DNA from: a bacterium
GTDB lineage: Bacteria; UBA8248
NCBI GenBank assembly: GCA_965199855.1
Contig: OZ241326.1
Coordinates: 1,152,001 to 1,216,000, forward strand
Direction: 5' to 3'
Length of the DNA: 64,000 nucleotides
This document shows, one piece after another, positions 29,802-38,437 of the stretch. How positions within the stretch are numbered: the first letter of the stretch is position 1; each line of letters begins with the position of its first letter. A program made the translations under genes and the position numbers. The notes beneath the pieces were generated by a model, which worked only from the letters and a program-made list of their open reading frames with translations, was not told the origin of the DNA and searched no databases.

Positions 29802-32800
29802 CTAGAAGCGCACGCTCAGGGACGCGGCGCCGCCGTATTGGCTCGTGTCGCTCCCGCTCGCCGCGTAGCTGCCCGAGAGGGTGAGCGCCGCGCTCTCGCC
29901 CAGGGGGAGGGCGCCGCCGACGCCCAGCCGCAGCGTGGTCGAGGCGCTTTCCGCGTCGAGCTTGGCGTCGCCGACCTCCACGCTCGTCTCGTCGGAGAAC
30001 TCCTGCTCGAGGTCCGCCGAGGCGAAAAGGCGGCCCCCCTCGCCCGCGCCCGTCTCCAGGGTGAAGCCGGCCCGCGCCCGCGCGCTCCACGCCTTCTCCA
30101 CCGAGACCCGCGCGGCGGAGCCGACCGAATCCGTGAAGTCGCTCAGGTCCGCGTTCGACCAGACGAGCCCCAGGCGTGGGGTGACGGCGAGGGCGCCCTC
30201 CATAAAGGACGCCCGGCGGCCGATCTCGACCCCCAGCGCGAAGCCCTTGCCGCTCGCGTCCTTCTCCAGCTTGCCGCTGACGGACGAGTCGAACTCCGCG
30301 TCGAACCAGGTCGCCTGCCCGGAGAAGTCCAGGTGAAAGCCGCCCCAGAGCCAGGTGGCCGAGGCGCCCGCGCCCATTCCGCTCACGGCCATCTCGCCCA
30401 CGGCGTCCATCTCCGCCTTGCCCTTGAGAAAGTGGGCCGAGAGGCCGAAGCGCGCCCCCGCGCCCTCGAAGTCGAATCCCGCGCGCCCGCCGGCGACGTC
30501 GTAGTCGTAGGCGAGCGGCTTCGCCGAGACCGCCTTGTCGGCCGTCCACTCGCCCTGCGCCGCCTCCACGCGCCCCCAGACGCCGTTCGACCCTCGCGGG
30601 GCGGCCATCCGCTCGGCGTAGGCGGGAAGCCGGTTCAGCGCCAGAAGGAGGGAGGGCAGCGCCTCGTAGAGCTCGCAACGCCTGTCCGTCGCCATGCCGC
30701 ACCGGAACCCGACGGAAATCAGCGCGCCCTCGGAGTCGAGCGCGCCCTGGGTCACGAAGCCGGTGGTTCCGCTCGCGTTCGCCTCGGCGAAGGTCACGCT
30801 CTCGCCCACGCCCGCCCCGCCGATGGCGCCCTTCACGCGCGCCGCGGCCGCGTTGACGGACGCCGCGTCCGTGCCGTCCATGTGAATGATGATCGTCGTC
30901 GGGGCGTCGCCCTGAATCGCCCGCGCCGCGCCGTTCGCGTCCACCGAGCCGGTGAGGCCGATGGTCACGCTGCCGCCGCCGGTGAGGTGAACCGCCGCGG
31001 GCGCGGGACTGTCGGCCGGGCCCTCCCCGCCCTTCACCTCGCCCCCGATGTAGATGATCGCCGGGCCCGGGTCGTTCACCAGAATCGCCCGGCCCGAGGA
31101 GCCGCCGACCAGCCTGCCGCCGTCGGTGACGATGAGCGCGCCGCCGCCGTCAAGATGGACGGCCGCGTCCGAGCCTCCCGTCACGACTCCTCCCCGCACC
31201 CGGACGACCTGGTTGAGGTGGTCCGCCACGAGGACCATGGCATCGGCGCCCAGATTCGCGTTCGCGTCCTGAACGGCCTGGGGGGCGTATTTTTTCTCTA
31301 TCCGCAGGCCGCGGCCCGCGTTGGCCACGTAGACGCCCGCCATGGCGCCCGTGACGCTCGCGCCCTTGGCGACGGTGACGGAAATCCCGCCGTTGTTGGC
31401 GTGGGGGGTCGCGTACCAGGCGGTGATTCCGTCTCCGCGCGAGTCGATGGAGCCCCCGTTCACGGCGACGCGGATGTCGCTCGCGTTGTAGCTGTTGACC
31501 AGGGCGCGCACGTCCCGTTTCCAGGCGTTGGTGGCGTCGGGCAGTGCCGTGAGCGCGGCGTCAACGTCGCCGCCCGTCATCAGCGCCCGGAACACGGTCA
31601 GCTCATGCTCGGTGAACGACTTCGTCAGGACGCTCCGCAGGAGCTCCCTGCGGGAGTCGCTGTCCTCGCTCAGATACGCGGTGATCTCCGCGTCGCTGTA
31701 GGTTCCGTCGTCGTCCGCGTCGATGTCGCCCGCCCCCGGAATCGTTCCGAGAGACTCGTTGGTGAGCACCGACCGGAACTGCGCGATGATGGCCGCCGCC
31801 CGCGCCTTCGTGGCCGCGTCGGCCGAGTCGGCGAACAGCGCGGTCACCGCCGCGGCGTCCGCGAACGCGCCCGGGTCGTCCCCCTCGGCCACGACGCGCA
31901 TGAAGGTCGCCCAGTGCATGACGCCGGCGTCGATTCCCGCGGTCGCCTGCGCGTAGCGCAGCAGCGGCGGATCTCCCTCGTCTCCCGTCCGGGTCGCCCG
32001 CGCGGTCTGCTGACCGTGCGCCCTCTCCAGCGCGCGGCCAATGTGGGCGAGGGGCGCGCGCGTCGGGGCTTCGGGGCTCGTGAACGTCCCCGTCCAGACG
32101 ATGTCGATCGCGCGGGCCGGGCCGGCGCCGCCGCTCCACGCCACCCCGGCGCTGACGCCGTCTTTCGCCGCGCTGATCGTCCCCGCCTGGGTGATGGAGA
32201 TCGTCCCGGTCTTGTTGCCCGCGTCGCGCAGGGTGGCCTCGATGCCGTGGTCATGCGTGGAGGTGAGCTCGACGTCCTCCGAGACGCTGATCTCGACCCC
32301 GCCGGCCTCGTAGTTCGCCGCCTCGATGGCGACTCCCTTCGCGTGGACCGACCCGCCGGTGACGGCGACCTTGGCGAGGCCGATGTTCTTGGGCGCGACG
32401 TAGGCGGCGCGGTCGGTCTCGGTCTCCGCCCTGTGGCTGCCGACCCGCGCCACGATGGCCTCTTTGACGCCCTGCGAGCCGTCGTCGACGGGCTCGTCCG
32501 AGGCGACGACGATGGCGCCCGCCGAATGGGTGATGGAGACGCCCGTGTTCGCGCCGTCGGCGTCTTTGCCGGTCGTCTGGGCCAGGATGCCGTGGTCCGT
32601 CGCCGTGATGTCGCCGCTGTTGGCGACTGTCACGCCGCCGCTGTCGCCCGCGCCGTCGAGCGCGGCGAAAATGCCGCGGGCCACCGCCGCGTCCGCCCTG
32701 CCGATGGCGCCGCTGTTGGTGACGGAGACGGCGCCGCCGGCGCCCTTGGCCGTGACGTAGATGCCGTCGCCGCCCGCCTCGATGTCACCTCTGTTGGTGA

Positions 32801-33875
32801 CGGAGACGGCGCCCGATCCCCCCAGGCGGTTGGCGACGATGCCCCATCCCGCCGCGACGATCTTTCCCGCCTGGGTGACGGTGATCGTCCCGCTCTCGTT
32901 GCCCACGTCGGTCAGATTGGCACGGAGGGCGTCGCCCTCCGTGGAGGTCAGCGTGACGCCCTCGGCGACGTCGACCTCCACCGATCCGGCCTCGTAGTTG
33001 AGCGCCGAGATGGCGAACAGCCTCGAGCTGATCGACCCGCCCGTGACGGAGACCTTGGCCAGCCCCGCGTTCATGGGCGCGACGTAGTCGTCGTGGCCGG
33101 CGTCGGTCTCCTGCCTGGCTTCGCCCACGTGCGCCTTGACGCCCGTGGCGTTCGGCGTCGTGATGTCGCCCGCCGAATGGGTGATGGAGACGCCCGCGTC
33201 GTCGCCGTCGGCGTCCTTGCCGGTCGTTTTGGCGTGGATGCCCGCGGCGTCCGACGTGACGGCGCCGCGGTTCCTGACCGTGATGTCGCCGGCGCCGGGG
33301 TTGCTGACGTAGATGCCGTCGTCCTCGGAGTGGATCGCCGCCGCCGTGGTGACCGAAATGTCGCCGGCGTCGCTCTCGTAGGTCGTGACCTGGATGCCAT
33401 GGCTCTCCATCTTCGCGGTCGCCGTCCCGATCGTCGTCCCGCTCCTGACGTCCAGCGTCGTCGTGGAGCCGTTCCCGGCACGCTGGAAGACGACGATGCC
33501 GCGGTTGTTGTACCAACTGCTCGCCCGCGTGCCGCTCTGCTCGATGGCGACGGCGCCCCCGCTTCCGACCGTGAGGCTGATGTTGTGGGCGTTGGTCGCG
33601 TGGTCGTCCGTTCTGATGGTGACGCCGTTGTGCACGCCGTTGTTCGCCCCGGCCGTGATCGTCGTCGCCGCCCCGCCCGTGACGGTGAGCGTGACGGCGT
33701 TCGCCAGATCCCAATAGACGATGCCGGTATACGCCGCGTCCGGGCAGGTCTGGGTGAACGAGTTGCCCGCATTGAGCGCCCCGCAGTCATCCCGCGCCCG
33801 CGCCTCGCCCGGCGCCAAGAGAAGCGCGAGAAGGGTCGCCAGGGCGATCGCTGCAATCGGTTTCTTCCGGTTCAT
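29802..33875 (-). CDS. large autotransporter/adhesin (1357 aa)
   Basis: AAGGAG RBS, signal peptide MNRKKPIAAIALATLLALLLAPGEARA, G/A/T-rich beta-helix-like repeats, C-terminal barrel ending SVRF. Confidence 0.9.
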   Translation of the reverse strand: MNRKKPIAAIALATLLALLLAPGEARARDDCGALNAGNSFTQTCPDAAYTGIVYWDLANAVTLTVTGGAATTITAGANNGVHNGVTIRTDDHATNAHNISLTVGSGGAVAIEQSGTRASSWYNNRGIVVFQRAGNGSTTTLDVRSGTTIGTATAKMESHGIQVTTYESDAGDISVTTAAAIHSEDDGIYVSNPGAGDITVRNRGAVTSDAAGIHAKTTGKDADGDDAGVSITHSAGDITTPNATGVKAHVGEARQETDAGHDDYVAPMNAGLAKVSVTGGSISSRLFAISALNYEAGSVEVDVAEGVTLTSTEGDALRANLTDVGNESGTITVTQAGKIVAAGWGIVANRLGGSGAVSVTNRGDIEAGGDGIYVTAKGAGGAVSVTNSGAIGRADAAVARGIFAALDGAGDSGGVTVANSGDITATDHGILAQTTGKDADGANTGVSITHSAGAIVVASDEPVDDGSQGVKEAIVARVGSHRAETETDRAAYVAPKNIGLAKVAVTGGSVHAKGVAIEAANYEAGGVEISVSEDVELTSTHDHGIEATLRDAGNKTGTISITQAGTISAAKDGVSAGVAWSGGAGPARAIDIVWTGTFTSPEAPTRAPLAHIGRALERAHGQQTARATRTGDEGDPPLLRYAQATAGIDAGVMHWATFMRVVAEGDDPGAFADAAAVTALFADSADAATKARAAAIIAQFRSVLTNESLGTIPGAGDIDADDDGTYSDAEITAYLSEDSDSRRELLRSVLTKSFTEHELTVFRALMTGGDVDAALTALPDATNAWKRDVRALVNSYNASDIRVAVNGGSIDSRGDGITAWYATPHANNGGISVTVAKGASVTGAMAGVYVANAGRGLRIEKKYAPQAVQDANANLGADAMVLVADHLNQVVRVRGGVVTGGSDAAVHLDGGGALIVTDGGRLVGGSSGRAILVNDPGPAIIYIGGEVKGGEGPADSPAPAAVHLTGGGSVTIGLTGSVDANGAARAIQGDAPTTIIIHMDGTDAASVNAAAARVKGAIGGAGVGESVTFAEANASGTTGFVTQGALDSEGALISVGFRCGMATDRRCELYEALPSLLLALNRLPAYAERMAAPRGSNGVWGRVEAAQGEWTADKAVSAKPLAYDYDVAGGRAGFDFEGAGARFGLSAHFLKGKAEMDAVGEMAVSGMGAGASATWLWGGFHLDFSGQATWFDAEFDSSVSGKLEKDASGKGFALGVEIGRRASFMEGALAVTPRLGLVWSNADLSDFTDSVGSAARVSVEKAWSARARAGFTLETGAGEGGRLFASADLEQEFSDETSVEVGDAKLDAESASTTLRLGVGGALPLGESAALTLSGSYAASGSDTSQYGGAASLSVRF

Positions 33876-33892
33876 GGATGGCTCCTTTTCAT

Positions 33893-34194
33893 GTCGGTGA
33901 GTCGGTGAGTCGGTGAGTCGGTGAGTCGGTGAGTCGGTGAGTCGGTGAGTCGGTGAGTCGGTGAGTCGGTGAGTCGGTGAGTCGGTGAGTCGGTGAGTCG
34001 GTGAGTCGGTGAGTCGGTGAGTCGGTGAGTCGGTGAGTCGGTGAGTCGGTGAGTCGGTGAGTCGGTGAGTCGGTGAGTCGGTGAGTCGGTGAGTCGGTGA
34101 GTCGGTGAGTCGGTGAGTCGGTGAGTCGGTGAGTCGGTGAGTCGGTGAGTCGGTGAGTCGGTGAGTCGGTCGGTGAGTCGGGGCGGTGAGTCGG
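33893..34194. repeat. microsatellite (GTCGGTGA)x34 plus degenerate copies
   Basis: Perfect 8-mer array 33893-34164, degenerate to ~34194. Confidence 0.97.
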
Positions 34195-34363
34195 GCGTAG
34201 TATAGCGCATTCCTGCCAGCGGCGGCGAACTGGTCAATGAAAAACCCTCCCGGCAGAGCCGAATCGGGCGGAATCCGGCTTCCGTCAAGATTCCAATGCC
34301 TTATTATAATTATATGAAAATCAAAGTGAAAAGACAAACGCGGCGGCGGACGCGCGCCGCGTT

Positions 34364-34578
34364 CCGCAGGGGCGGCCCTCCGTCGGGATGATCGCCCGCC
34401 GCGAGGGTTCCGTCATGAACCAAAAACCGGATTCCGCAATTCCTCCGCCTTGTCGGTATTGATGACGGGAATGGCGGCGGCGGGGGCCGCCGGGGCGGGC
34501 CTTGCGGCTTCGAGGGGGAGGTTCCCGAACCGCCCACGCCGCCGAAGAGAACGCGGGCGGTTCCCGAACCGCCCCTAC
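34364..34578. repeat. REP-like hairpins
   Basis: GGGCGGTTCCCGAACCGCCCCTAC at 34555-34578 and degenerate relatives. Confidence 0.7.
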
Positions 34579-34984
34579 GTCTGCGGTCTGCGGTCTGCGG
34601 TCTGCGGTCTGCGGTCTGCGGTCTGCGGTCTGCGGTCTGCGGTCTGCGGTCTGCGGTCTGCGGTCTGCGGTCTGCGGTCTGCGGTCTGCGGTCTGCGGTC
34701 TGCGGTCTGCGGTCTGCGGTCTGCGGTCTGCGGTCTGCGGTCTGCGGTCTGCGGTCTGCGGTCTGCGGTCTGCGGTCTGCGGTCTGCGGTCTGCGGTCTG
34801 CGGTCTGCGGTCTGCGGTCTGCGGTCTGCGGTCTGCGGTCTGCGGTCTGCGGTCTGCGGTCTGCGGTCTGCGGTCTGCGGTCTGCGGTCTGCGGTCTGCG
34901 GTCTGCGGTCTGCGGTCTGCGGTCTGCGGTCTGCGGTCTGCGGTCTGCGGTCTGCGGTCTGCGGTCTGCGGTCTGCGGTCTGCG
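34579..34984. repeat. microsatellite (GTCTGCG)x58
   Basis: Perfect 7-mer array, 406 bp. Confidence 0.97.
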
Positions 34985-35149
34985 GCATCATATCACGTTT
35001 TCCGGCCGGAGTCTTGGGGCGGCCGGGCTTTCGCGCCGACGCCGCCCGTCAATTCGCAATGAAGGAAATCATACGCAACCGCGAGCGCGTCCGCAAGCGC
35101 GGGAAGGCGCTCTCCCGCAGGCGGCGGGATATTTATGCGGCGCGGACGG

Positions 35150-35290
35150 CCACGGGGGCTGCTCCTGCGGGTGATTGCCCATGATCGATGATGTTTCCGC
35201 AGGGGCGGCCCCTCCCCGGGTCCGCCCCGCAATTCGGGAACCGCCCGTTTCGGGGTTTCGCCTTCGTAGGGGCGGTTCGGGAACCGCCCA
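35150..35290. repeat. REP-like hairpins
   Basis: GCAGGGGCGGCCCC..., GTAGGGGCGGTTCGGGAACCGCCC. Confidence 0.7.
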
Positions 35291-35301
35291 TATTGGGGAA
35301 G

Positions 35302-35670
35302 CTAGAAGAAGAACTTGAGGAGGCCGAAGGTGAGGGTGACGTTCAGCCCCACGATGCCCAGCGCCATGCCGAACATGAACCTTTGCGTCCGCGCCTCGAG
35401 CCGCGCGATGGAGGTCTCCACCTCGCCCCGAAGCCCCGCGATGGACGCCTCCAGCCCCGTTCTCACCTCCTGAATCTCGGCCTGGAGGCCCGTCCTCACC
35501 TCCTGCATCTCGGCCTGGAGCTCGGCCTTGACCTCTTGGAGGTCGGCTTTCGTGGCGACGCTGCCGGCGACGGCGTCCTTGAAGGTATCCACGACCGCGC
35601 GCGCCTGGGACTCCTCGAAGCCCGAATCCCGGAGCGACTCCATTGCCCGGAGCGTGTCGAAGCCGATCAT
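35302..35670 (-). CDS. DUF1640/CCDC90-like coiled-coil protein with C-terminal TM
   Basis: FDTL...L..SGFEESQARA, VATKADL, 11-aa repeat QAE(M/I)QEVRTGL, hydrophobic tail. Confidence 0.8.
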   Translation of the reverse strand: MIGFDTLRAMESLRDSGFEESQARAVVDTFKDAVAGSVATKADLQEVKAELQAEMQEVRTGLQAEIQEVRTGLEASIAGLRGEVETSIARLEARTQRFMFGMALGIVGLNVTLTFGLLKFFF

Positions 35671-35789
35671 CGCCCGCCTCCTCTCCGAAGCTTTCACGCG
35701 AGGAAAGCATACCACGCCCCGCGCCGGACGCGAAAGCGAAAAACGAACGCCTCCCCGCTGCGGTTTCGCCTTCGCAGGTGAAACGCGAG

Positions 35790-35990
35790 AGCGTTTCCAT
35801 TCATGCGTCCCGCGTCTTTTCCGTCAATGGAATGCGGGGCGGGTCGTTCCCGAACGATCCCAACGGCGAGGGCGGCGACGGTTTCGTAGGGGCGGTTCGT
35901 GAACCGCCCGTTTCGGAGAAGGGTTCGCATCGTAGGCGGCGGAGCGTTCCCGAACCGCCCCTGCGGGATTATCGCGCCCCGGCGGGATTC
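35790..35990. repeat. REP-like hairpins
   Basis: GTAGGGGCGGTTCGTGAACCGCCC and GGGTCGTTCCCGAACGATCC. Confidence 0.7.
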
Positions 35991-35997
35991 CCGCCCT

Positions 35998-38280
35998 TCA
36001 AGGGGCTTCGGGCTTCCCGGCTTCCACGCGGTAGCTGTTGAAGGCGGCGTTCTCGTATTCGGAGAGGTCATCGCCCGTGAGGAGGTTCGCCGCGCCGTCG
36101 GCGGGCAGGCCGCCCGCCGGGACGTGAACGACCCCGGGGCGGACGTCCGCGCTCACCCGGGCCTCGAAGGCGGTTTCGCCGAAATCGTTTCCGAGGCGCA
36201 CCCGGTCTCCGCTCTCGATGCCGCGCTCGGCGGCGTCCGAGGGATGGAGGGTGGCTACGTTCCACCCGTGGCGGAGCAGGCTCGCCGCGTTGTTGAAGGT
36301 GGAGCTCGCCCGGAAGTAGGTCTTGGGCGTGATGAGGCGCAGGGGATGGCGCGCCTCCCCATCCGCCGCTTCCTCCGGCGGGAAATGCGCGGGAACGCGG
36401 GCTTCGAGCTCCTCGAAGTAGAGCTGCGCCCGCCCGTGCGGGGTGGCGAGCTCCCAGTCGGGCGCGGGATCGGGAACATCGAGGGGGAGCCAGCCCTCGG
36501 CCTCGAGCTTCTCGATCGTGACGCCGCCGAACCAGGGAAAGCGCGCGTCCGCCCGCGCGGCGTCCAGAAGCTCCTCGATCCACTCCCGGGACGTTTTCCA
36601 GGGGAAATGCGCGCCATAGCCCATCTTCTCCGCGAGGCGGCGGACGATCTCGAAGTCGTCCAGCGACTCCCCGCGCGGGGGCATGACGCCCGGCGTGTAG
36701 AGGAGGACGTGGCGGGGCTTCATGTCGGGAATCAGGTGGGCGAAGGTCGCGCCCGTATCGAGGCCCTCGGCGATGGCGCAGCGCTCGAGCCAGGTGGAGG
36801 CGGGCAGGACGACGTCCGCGCGCCGCGCCGTCGGCGTCATGAACACGTCCGCCACCGCGCAGAAGTCGAGCGACTGGAGGGCGCGCTCCGTCTTGCGGGC
36901 GTTTCCGGCCTGCCCGACCGGGTTGCCCCACATGACGAGGGCGGCGTTCACCGGCCCGCCGTAGGAGGCGGGGTCGAGGATGGCCTCGGCGACCCGCCCG
37001 ACGGGAATCGAGCGCGCGACCGGGTTGGGGACGGCCCAGCGCTCCGTCATCACCTCGGCGAGGCCGGTTCCGTGCGCCCGCGCCGAGGGGAAGCCCTCCG
37101 CCCCGTGCCGCAGCGCGCCGCCGAAGCCGCCCGTCACCAGGTTCAGGACGTGCAGCGCCCGCACGGCCTGCTCCCCGCGCAGGGCGCGCTGGTAGGAGCC
37201 GTAATAGACGATCACCTTTCCTCTCGCCAGAGCGCGCGCCAGGGCGCGCACGTGCCCTTCGGAGACGCCGCACTCCCTCGCCGCGCGCGCGGGCGTCCAG
37301 CGCGCCGCCGCCTCGCGCAGGTGGTCGAACGCCGTCCGGCACCTCTTCCCCTCCACCCGGAAGGAGCCGCCGAGGGCGGGGCTTCCGCTCGCCGTGAAGG
37401 GCTCCGCCTGGGCGCCGGCCTCATCCCAGACGAGGGGGGCGCCGTCCGCCGCCCTGGCGAAGCGGCCCGTGTCCTCCTCGACCAGGAAGGCGGCGTTCGT
37501 CCTCTCCTTCAGAAAGTCCTCATCCACGGCGCCTTCGGCGATCATGAGCCTGAGGACGGCGAGGGCGAGCGCGGTGTCCGTCGAGGGGCGAACCGGCACG
37601 TGGACGCCGCCGAAGCGCGCCGCGCTCCGGGTGCGGAGCGGATCGACCGTGATGAAGCGCGTCCCCCTCCGCTTCGCCGCCTGGAGGGACTGGAGGAGGC
37701 CGCGGTAGCCCGTCTCCACCGGGTTGTTGCCCCACAGGACGATCCACTCGCACTCCTCGTTCGGGCGGCCCAGCGTCTGCCAGTGGCCGAAGACGTCCGC
37801 GCTCCCCCCCAGAAAGGCCTTCCAGCAGAGGCTTCCGCGCAAGTAGGGCTGGACGGCGCCCCCCCACAGGCCGAGAAGGCGCATGATGGTGGCGGGCTCG
37901 GCGTCTCGTCCCCCGGGCAGGGTGTGCTGGGCGGAGTAGTGATACATCATCACGGATTCGTTGCCGCCCTTCTCCTTCGCCGCCTCCAGCCCCCGGGCGA
38001 CGAGGTCGAGCGCCTCGTCCCAGCTCGCGCGCTCGAAGCGGTTCGCCCCGTCCGCGCCCGACCCCTTCTTTCCCGCGCGCTTCAGGGGATGAAGGAGCCG
38101 GTCGGGGTGATGGTATCTGTCGGGCATCTGAAACCCCTTGATGCAGGGCTTGACGCGCATCCGGGGATTCGCGCGGAACGAGGCGATCTCCTCCCCGCGC
38201 GCCTCGACCTCGAAGCTGCACGGATTGTTCCCGCAGTGGGGGGAGCAGAGCGTGAAGGCTTTCCGGGGCGCCGCGGCCAT
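35998..38280 (-). CDS. Molybdopterin oxidoreductase (DMSO reductase family), no Tat leader
   Basis: CSPHCGNNPC...PCIKG, FERASWDEALD, WGNNP, PSTDTALAL, ADVVLPASTWLE. Confidence 0.88.
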   Translation of the reverse strand: MAAAPRKAFTLCSPHCGNNPCSFEVEARGEEIASFRANPRMRVKPCIKGFQMPDRYHHPDRLLHPLKRAGKKGSGADGANRFERASWDEALDLVARGLEAAKEKGGNESVMMYHYSAQHTLPGGRDAEPATIMRLLGLWGGAVQPYLRGSLCWKAFLGGSADVFGHWQTLGRPNEECEWIVLWGNNPVETGYRGLLQSLQAAKRRGTRFITVDPLRTRSAARFGGVHVPVRPSTDTALALAVLRLMIAEGAVDEDFLKERTNAAFLVEEDTGRFARAADGAPLVWDEAGAQAEPFTASGSPALGGSFRVEGKRCRTAFDHLREAAARWTPARAARECGVSEGHVRALARALARGKVIVYYGSYQRALRGEQAVRALHVLNLVTGGFGGALRHGAEGFPSARAHGTGLAEVMTERWAVPNPVARSIPVGRVAEAILDPASYGGPVNAALVMWGNPVGQAGNARKTERALQSLDFCAVADVFMTPTARRADVVLPASTWLERCAIAEGLDTGATFAHLIPDMKPRHVLLYTPGVMPPRGESLDDFEIVRRLAEKMGYGAHFPWKTSREWIEELLDAARADARFPWFGGVTIEKLEAEGWLPLDVPDPAPDWELATPHGRAQLYFEELEARVPAHFPPEEAADGEARHPLRLITPKTYFRASSTFNNAASLLRHGWNVATLHPSDAAERGIESGDRVRLGNDFGETAFEARVSADVRPGVVHVPAGGLPADGAANLLTGDDLSEYENAAFNSYRVEAGKPEAP

Positions 38281-38437
38281 GTTCTCCCTTTCGGCTATCG
38301 AGGGCGCTTTACAGGATTTTCGCGGCATTCTAACATAGGGCTTCTTCTGTTTCCGGGCAAACGCCGTTTGCCGCAGCATACCGGAAGGCGGGGAGGCCGC
38401 CTCCGTCCACGTCGAACCCTTCGGGAGGTGAGAGAGA

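Noticed and set aside
33876-34337. N-terminal extension giving a 1511-aa autotransporter
   Set aside because: It starts at TTG and reads through the microsatellite; the RBS and signal peptide indicate the start at 33875
34450-35184. ORFs encoding (VCGLRSA)n
   Set aside because: Open only because the 7-mer has no stop codon; no coding evidence
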